From NCBI RefSeq assembly GCF_048403405.1, contig NZ_CP183129.1: a DNA stretch of 64,000 bases; one strand, written 5' to 3'. Below are positions 58,363 through 64,000 of the stretch, in pieces (the stretch's first letter is position 1; each line of letters begins with the position of its first letter). The translations under genes were made by a program, and so were the position numbers. The notes beneath the pieces are model-generated. The model had not been told where the DNA came from. It searched no databases and worked only from the letters and a program-made list of their open reading frames with translations. The DNA is from Escherichia coli (GTDB lineage: Bacteria > Pseudomonadota > Gammaproteobacteria > Enterobacterales > Enterobacteriaceae).

Positions 58363-60027
58363 TTACTCGCCTACTTTCGCCCAGGTATCACGCAGCCCAA
58401 CGGTGCGATTAAATACCGGTTTTTCCGCCGTAGAATGGCGGCTGTCGAGGCAGAAATAACCTTCACGCTCAAACTGGAATGCTTTACCCGCTACCGCGTC
58501 TTTCAGAGACGGTTCAGCAAAGCCCTGTTTGATCACCAGCGATTCCGGGTTAATCACCGACAGGAAATCATCCGCAGCACCTGGGTTCGGCACGCTGAAC
58601 AGACGATCGTACAGGCGGATTTCAACCGGCAGCGCATGTGCCGAGCTCACCCAGTGAATAACGCCTTTCACTTTACGACCATCTGCCGGATCTTTGCTTA
58701 AGGTGTCGGCGTCATAAGTACAGAAGATGGTGGTGATATTGCCTTCGGCATCTTTCTCCACGCGTTCTGCCTTAATGACGTAAGCATTACGCAGACGCAC
58801 TTCTTTACCCAGCACCAGACGCTTGTACTGCTTGTTAGCTTCTTCGCGGAAATCGGCGCGGTCGATCCAAATCTCACCGCTAAACGGCACCTGACGGCTC
58901 CCCATTTCCGGTTTGTTCGGATGGTTCGGCATGGTAACCATTTCGCCTTCGCCCTGGTAGTTTTCGATAACCAGTTTCACCGGATCGATAACCGCCATTG
59001 CGCGCGGGGCGTTTTCGTTGAGATCTTCACGGATGCAGGATTCCAGCGACGCCATTTCAATGGTGTTGTCCTGCTTGGTCACGCCGATGCGTTTGCAGAA
59101 CTCACGAATAGAAGCCGCAGTGTAACCACGACGACGCAGACCGGAAATGGTCGGCATACGCGGGTCATCCCAGCCTTCAACGTGCTTGTCGGTCACCAGC
59201 AGGTTCAGCTTACGCTTGGACATCACAGTGTATTCCAGATTCAGGCGCGAGAATTCGTACTGGCGCGGGTGAACAGGAATGGTGATGTTGTCCAACACCC
59301 AGTCGTACAGGCGACGGTTGTCCTGGAACTCAAGCGTACACAGAGAGTGCGTAATACCTTCCAGCGCATCGCTGATGCAATGGGTGAAGTCGTACATCGG
59401 GTAGATGCACCACTTGTTGCCAGTCTGGTGGTGTTCAGCAAATTTAATGCGGTACAGCACCGGATCGCGCATTACGATAAATGGCGACGCCATGTCGATT
59501 TTCGCACGCAGGCAGGCTTTACCTTCTTCAAAACCGCCGGCACGCATTTTTTCGAACAGCGCCAGGTTCTCTTCAACGCTGCGGTCGCGGTACGGGCTGT
59601 TTTTACCCGGCTGCGTCAGGGTGCCACGGTATTCGCGGATCTGTTCCGGCGTCAATTCATCAACGTACGCCAGGCCTTTATTGATCAGTTCGATCGCATA
59701 GGCGTGGAGCTGATCAAAATAATCGGAGGAGTAACGGACGTTACCAGACCAGTGAAAACCTAACCACTCAACGTCGTTTTTGATCGACTCGACATACTCG
59801 ATATCTTCTTTTACCGGGTTAGTGTCGTCGAAACGCAGGTTGCACTGGCCTTTATAGTCCTGGGCGATCCCGAAGTTCAGGCAGATAGATTTCGCATGGC
59901 CAATATGCAGATAGCCATTCGGCTCCGGCGGGAAACGGGTGTGTACTGTGGTGTGCTTACCACTGGCCAGATCTTCATCGATGATCTGACGGATAAAGTT
60001 AGTCGGGCGGGCTTCTGCCTCACTCAT
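58363..60027 (-). CDS. glnS: glutaminyl-tRNA synthetase
   Basis: 554 aa; HIGH motif ([14 protein letters not shown]) and VMSKR (KMSKS-type) motif. Confidence 0.97.
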   Translation of the reverse strand: MSEAEARPTNFIRQIIDEDLASGKHTTVHTRFPPEPNGYLHIGHAKSICLNFGIAQDYKGQCNLRFDDTNPVKEDIEYVESIKNDVEWLGFHWSGNVRYSSDYFDQLHAYAIELINKGLAYVDELTPEQIREYRGTLTQPGKNSPYRDRSVEENLALFEKMRAGGFEEGKACLRAKIDMASPFIVMRDPVLYRIKFAEHHQTGNKWCIYPMYDFTHCISDALEGITHSLCTLEFQDNRRLYDWVLDNITIPVHPRQYEFSRLNLEYTVMSKRKLNLLVTDKHVEGWDDPRMPTISGLRRRGYTAASIREFCKRIGVTKQDNTIEMASLESCIREDLNENAPRAMAVIDPVKLVIENYQGEGEMVTMPNHPNKPEMGSRQVPFSGEIWIDRADFREEANKQYKRLVLGKEVRLRNAYVIKAERVEKDAEGNITTIFCTYDADTLSKDPADGRKVKGVIHWVSSAHALPVEIRLYDRLFSVPNPGAADDFLSVINPESLVIKQGFAEPSLKDAVAGKAFQFEREGYFCLDSRHSTAEKPVFNRTVGLRDTWAKVGE

Positions 60028-60246
60028 CGTGGATTCCTCAAAGCGTAAACAACGTATAACGGCGTATGATCTTATAAGCGGGACAGGCTGACAACTGTTA
60101 GTTAGTGAAAAAGTGGTTTTGCGTAAGATATTGGGGCGTTTTCTGCGCTACAGCCAGCAGATCCTCGCGCTGGAGACGTAAGGCCAAACGTCGCCAGCCT
60201 GACGCGTCTATTAAATTTCCGGATGAGCTGGCCGCAGAGTCGTAGA

Positions 60247-61008
60247 TTAATCGGCTATGATTAAACGCGTCGATAAGGACGCAAGCGTTCTACGCGTCTG
60301 CCCATCAAGCTGATTATCCGTAATAATCTCTGTCAGTTCATTAAGATGCGCGATATTAAACAGCGACCATGAACCGTATTTTGAGCTGTCAGCCAGGAGA
60401 ATTTTGCGCGAAGCATGCGCGATAAGATCGCGTTTTAGTGCGGCTTTCTCTTCCGTGGGTGCTGTAATACCCTTTTCAAGATCCCAGCTGTTACAGCTTA
60501 AAAATGCCACGTCCGGCCAGGTATTTTGCAGCAATTTACGACCATGTTCGCCAATGCAGGACTGGCTGGAGTCGTCGATACGTCCACCGATAATCGTCAC
60601 TTCAATCTGCTTGAATTCAGCCAAAAAAAGCGCGATATGCAGGTCGCTGGTGATCACGCGAAGCGGTAAATGTGTAATCTGCCGCGCAAGTTCAATCATT
60701 GTCGTACCGGCATCAAGGACGACGGAATCCCCCGCTTTGACCATTGACGCCGCTGCGCTGGCGATGGCATGTTTTTCCGCCAGGCTGCGCTGCATTTTCT
60801 CATGGGTAGTCGGTTGGGTAGGAATAAACCGGTTGAGGGTCACACCGCCGTGTGTACGGCTGATAACACCCTGCTCATCGAGTTTTATCAGGTCTCGACG
60901 AATCGTGGCCGGCGACGCATTGGTTACCGCCACCAGCTCATCAACGGTGACCAGATTATGGCTTTTCAGGTAATCCATGATCTGCTCTAACCGGTTATAT
61001 CCCTTCAT
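60247..61008 (-). CDS. DeoR-family transcriptional regulator
   Basis: 253 aa; N-terminal HTH plus C-terminal sugar-phosphate-binding domain. Confidence 0.85.
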   Translation of the reverse strand: MKGYNRLEQIMDYLKSHNLVTVDELVAVTNASPATIRRDLIKLDEQGVISRTHGGVTLNRFIPTQPTTHEKMQRSLAEKHAIASAAASMVKAGDSVVLDAGTTMIELARQITHLPLRVITSDLHIALFLAEFKQIEVTIIGGRIDDSSQSCIGEHGRKLLQNTWPDVAFLSCNSWDLEKGITAPTEEKAALKRDLIAHASRKILLADSSKYGSWSLFNIAHLNELTEIITDNQLDGQTRRTLASLSTRLIIAD

Positions 61009-61009
61009 T

Positions 61010-61996
61010 TTATTCTCGCGAAATCTGCATTGCTAACTGGATGGAAACTGCCATGCTCTCAGACTTGGCTTTTCCTGTCCAGGCAATATCAAACGCGGTG
61101 CCGTGGTCGGCAGAAGTGCGAATAAATGGCAACCCGGCGGTGATATTCACCCCATCATAAAATCCAAGCAGTTTTAAAGGGATATGCCCCTGATCGTGGT
61201 ACATAGCCACTACCATATCGAATAGCCCTTCATGGCATTGCATAAACACGGTATCTGGCGGGCACGGGCCAGTAACATCAATATCTTCGGCCTGCATTGC
61301 TTCAATCGCAGGCGCGATAATCTCGATTTCTTCAGTGCCGAATAAACCGTGTTCCCCTGCATGTGGATTTACACCCGCCACGGCAATACGCGGACGCTCA
61401 ATACCAACACGTTTCAGGAAGTGGTTCGCAACTCGAATAACCGTTTTGACCCTTTCACCATTCAAAGTATCCAGGAATTTACGCAGTGAGATATGCGTCG
61501 AAATATGGATAACCTTGAGCTTATCGGTATAGAGCACCATCGCGTACTCTTTGCTGCCGGTAAGATGGGCCAGCAATTCCGTATGCCCCGGATAGTTATG
61601 CCCGCCAAGATGCAACGCTTCTTTATTCAGCGGCGCAGTGGCTATGGCTTTCACCTCGCCTGATAAGGCCAGGGCCGTTGCACGTTTGATACAGCGATAC
61701 GCTAAATCGCCTGCCGCAGCCTGTACCACTCCGGGTGTCAGCGCATCGGGGTTAGCCAGCGGCTCATCCATCACGTTAATCACGCCGGGAGCAAAATGGG
61801 CGTCGCACACCTTTTCAATGACGCGTAACTCTGCCTTCGGCGTGATATTCATCGCCATAATACGTCTCAGCGTGCGCACACAGCCCACCACCACCACCGG
61901 GGCACCAGCAAGCCCGGCTTCGCTCAGGGATTTAATAATGATCTCCGGGCCAATACCCGCCGGGTCGCCCATCGTTACCGCAATAATATTATTCAC
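61010..61996 (-). CDS. PdxA-family NAD-dependent dehydrogenase (PdxA2-like; 4-hydroxythreonine-4-phosphate dehydrogenase family)
   Basis: 328 aa with [19 protein letters not shown] and [12 protein letters not shown] motifs typical of PdxA. Confidence 0.85.
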   Translation of the reverse strand: MNNIIAVTMGDPAGIGPEIIIKSLSEAGLAGAPVVVVGCVRTLRRIMAMNITPKAELRVIEKVCDAHFAPGVINVMDEPLANPDALTPGVVQAAAGDLAYRCIKRATALALSGEVKAIATAPLNKEALHLGGHNYPGHTELLAHLTGSKEYAMVLYTDKLKVIHISTHISLRKFLDTLNGERVKTVIRVANHFLKRVGIERPRIAVAGVNPHAGEHGLFGTEEIEIIAPAIEAMQAEDIDVTGPCPPDTVFMQCHEGLFDMVVAMYHDQGHIPLKLLGFYDGVNITAGLPFIRTSADHGTAFDIAWTGKAKSESMAVSIQLAMQISRE

Positions 61997-63224
61997 TACG
62001 CTTCTCCTCGATAAAATTCAGAACCTGATGCAACGTGGTCTCATCGCCAAACCCACCGGCTTTCGTCATCACCGAACGGGACCAGACGCCGCCCAGAAAG
62101 TGACCGTATGGAACGCATTGCGCCACCTTCGCCGTAATACGAAATCCGGTCGCGCCTAACGCACTGGCTGTTGCCATTGCGACATCACCACCAGAGAGAT
62201 AAAGCGCATCGGGCATTGCGCGAAGCAGAACTTGCCGGGTAAGTTCGCCAAGAAACCGGCAAATTTTTTCCCCAAGCGCAGCGCGACTCATCTGCCAACG
62301 CTGGCAAAGGGTGTCGATCTGGTGCCTTGCTACAGAATCGTTACAGGTGTGGACAATGCAGTGGTCGCCTTTCTGCAAGGCCTGCACAATACGCGCGTCA
62401 TAGTCACTGGCATTGCCTGCCAGAATGTGTTCAACATCGACGTATATCTGTGTGATACGTGGGTGTGAATGAAGTGTGGCGATCTGCCGTTGAGCGATTT
62501 CGCTCATTGAACCAATAATGGCCAGCACGGTGGGTGGCGGCATAATCGTGGAGCGCCGGGCAACGGCATCACAAATACCAGCGGAGCCGACCAGCAGCAG
62601 CGGTTGTTTAGCCTGCATCACAGCGGCAGCGATGCGATCCAGGTCGCTGTCCGTCTGCGCATCTATCACGCCAATCCACGGTTGCTCATAAGACAAATGG
62701 CTGAGCTGAGAAACCGTAACGGGCTGGCATGGAATGGCCGTCTGCAACCGGATGATGTCCGCAATTCGGGCGCTCAATACCGGGGTTTTCGGATCGCTGG
62801 CAAACTCGGTTTCCGTTATCCGCACACCGTTTACCCAACACTCACCGGCCACTGTGGTCCTTCCCGCCTGAGGAAATGCGGGGGCAACCACTGCGCCCGT
62901 TATACCGCATGCCTTCATCAGGGCTTCAATTTCTGCGCCAATATTGCCTCGCAGCGTGGAATCTATCTTTTTAATCACGAGCGGAGGGTTATTCGCCAGA
63001 GGGAGATGACTCATCAGCGAGGTTATTTTCATCGCCGCCAGCTTAGGATCCATCGCCCGGCTGTCGCTGTTAATCACCCATACGCTGGCATCACCGCGAT
63101 AAGGCATTTCAAAGGCCACATCAACTGTATGCCCCACCTGCGCCAGGCTTACCCCCGCGTCATTGGCTCCCGTGAAATCATCGGCAACGACGAGAATGCT
63201 CGGCTTAGTGATTCCCTTTTCCAT
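61989..63224 (-). CDS. DUF1537-family four-carbon acid-sugar kinase (OtnK/DtnK-like)
   Basis: About 411 aa from MEKGITKPSILVVADDFTGANDAGV (GGAG 5 nt upstream; the longest ORF extends to 63266); stop overlaps the PdxA-like start. Confidence 0.8.
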   Translation of the reverse strand: MEKGITKPSILVVADDFTGANDAGVSLAQVGHTVDVAFEMPYRGDASVWVINSDSRAMDPKLAAMKITSLMSHLPLANNPPLVIKKIDSTLRGNIGAEIEALMKACGITGAVVAPAFPQAGRTTVAGECWVNGVRITETEFASDPKTPVLSARIADIIRLQTAIPCQPVTVSQLSHLSYEQPWIGVIDAQTDSDLDRIAAAVMQAKQPLLLVGSAGICDAVARRSTIMPPPTVLAIIGSMSEIAQRQIATLHSHPRITQIYVDVEHILAGNASDYDARIVQALQKGDHCIVHTCNDSVARHQIDTLCQRWQMSRAALGEKICRFLGELTRQVLLRAMPDALYLSGGDVAMATASALGATGFRITAKVAQCVPYGHFLGGVWSRSVMTKAGGFGDETTLHQVLNFIEEKRSE

Positions 63225-63393
63225 CATCACTCCAGGTTGTTTTATGATAACAATGATTATATTCAATCACGATTGATTAAATGTGAGCAAGCTCAAGTTA
63301 TTAATCACTCGAATAAATTATAAAATTAGACCATGTTACGTAGGCTACGGCATTTTGAATGATTGAATTCAATCACCAGAAGAGAGGTTATTT

Positions 63394-64000
63394 GTGGTAA
63401 TTATCAATAGCACGATACTGAGCGGCGCAGGCGCTATCCCTTCCCTGACGTCGCTCTTACCCGACATCAGAAAAATGCTGCTGGTCACTGACCGTAATAT
63501 TGCGCAGCTCGACGGTGTGCAGCAGATTCGCGCCTTACTGGAAAAGCACTGCCCGCAGGTTAACGTTATCGATAATGTGCCCGCAGAGCCCACGCATCAT
63601 GATGTGCGCCAGCTAATGGACGCCCCTGGCGATGCCTCTTTTGATGTGGTGGTCGGGATCGGCGGTGGCAGCGTGTTGGATGTGGCGAAGCTGCTATCGG
63701 TGCTTTGCCATCCACAATCACCAGGGCTGGATGCGCTGCTTGCGGGTGAAAAACCGACTCAGAGGGTGCAATCATGGTTGATTCCTACAACCGCCGGAAC
63801 CGGCTCAGAAGCCACGCCGAATGCGATTCTGGCAATCCCTGAGCAAAGCACGAAGGTGGGTATTATTTCCCCGGTGCTGTTACCAGACTATGTGGCGCTT
63901 TTCCCGGAACTGACCACCAGCATGCCCGCGCATATTGCGGCGTCCACGGGCATTGATGCTCTTTGCCACTTACTGGAGTGTTTTACCGCGACCGTGGCAA
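63394..64000 (+). CDS. iron-containing (group III) alcohol dehydrogenase family protein, 3'-truncated by the window end
   Basis: GTG start preceded by GAGAGG; translation VVIINSTILSGAGAIPSL...MLLVTDRNI...FDVVVGIGGGSVLDVAKLL... with GGGS motif; absent from the ORF track because no stop codon lies inside the window. Confidence 0.7.
   Translation, partial: MVIINSTILSGAGAIPSLTSLLPDIRKMLLVTDRNIAQLDGVQQIRALLEKHCPQVNVIDNVPAEPTHHDVRQLMDAPGDASFDVVVGIGGGSVLDVAKLLSVLCHPQSPGLDALLAGEKPTQRVQSWLIPTTAGTGSEATPNAILAIPEQSTKVGIISPVLLPDYVALFPELTTSMPAHIAASTGIDALCHLLECFTATVA

Noticed and set aside
63369-63775. Two minus-strand ORFs (74 and 69 aa) from the ORF track
   Set aside because: They are antisense to the plus-strand Fe-ADH-like gene, which has an RBS, a GTG start and the GGGS motif.

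Overview
This 64 kb window is an Escherichia coli-type chromosomal segment. Gene content and order match the K-12 fur-fldA-seqA-pgm / kdpFABCDE / rhsC / ybgA-phr-dtpD / pxp-nei-abrB / ybgDQPO fimbriae / gltA / sdhCDAB-sucABCD neighbourhood, read here in the reverse orientation; all K-12 comparisons are from memory, not from a search. Three accessory blocks interrupt or flank this core. (1) Positions 1-9515 carry a coenzyme-B12-dependent glutamate mutase / 3-methylaspartate ammonia-lyase / class I fumarase-like mesaconase operon with its own BtuR-like adenosyltransferase, a Na+:dicarboxylate symporter and a LysR regulator, abutting sucD. Inside it sits a translationally coupled, functionally unassigned gene pair (AtuA/DUF1446-like plus a small DUF4387-like protein), which I consider the best candidate for undescribed biology here. 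(2) Positions 36058-42358 carry an Rhs polymorphic-toxin locus: a full-length Rhs protein with a cysteine-rich C-terminal tip, a coupled candidate immunity gene, a start-less orphan rhs tip fragment bounded by a 23-bp tandem duplication, and a truncated H-repeat (ISAs1-type) transposase. (3) Positions 60247-64000 carry a DeoR regulator, a PdxA-family dehydrogenase, a DUF1537 acid-sugar kinase and a divergent iron-type alcohol dehydrogenase beside glnS, where K-12 has nagE as I recall. The kdpE-pgm junction is only about 160 bp (REP plus terminator), so the speF-potE-ybfP block I remember from K-12 appears absent. Long antisense ORFs in the supplied track inside conserved genes were treated as shadow ORFs. 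No CRISPR array, tRNA or rRNA was found.
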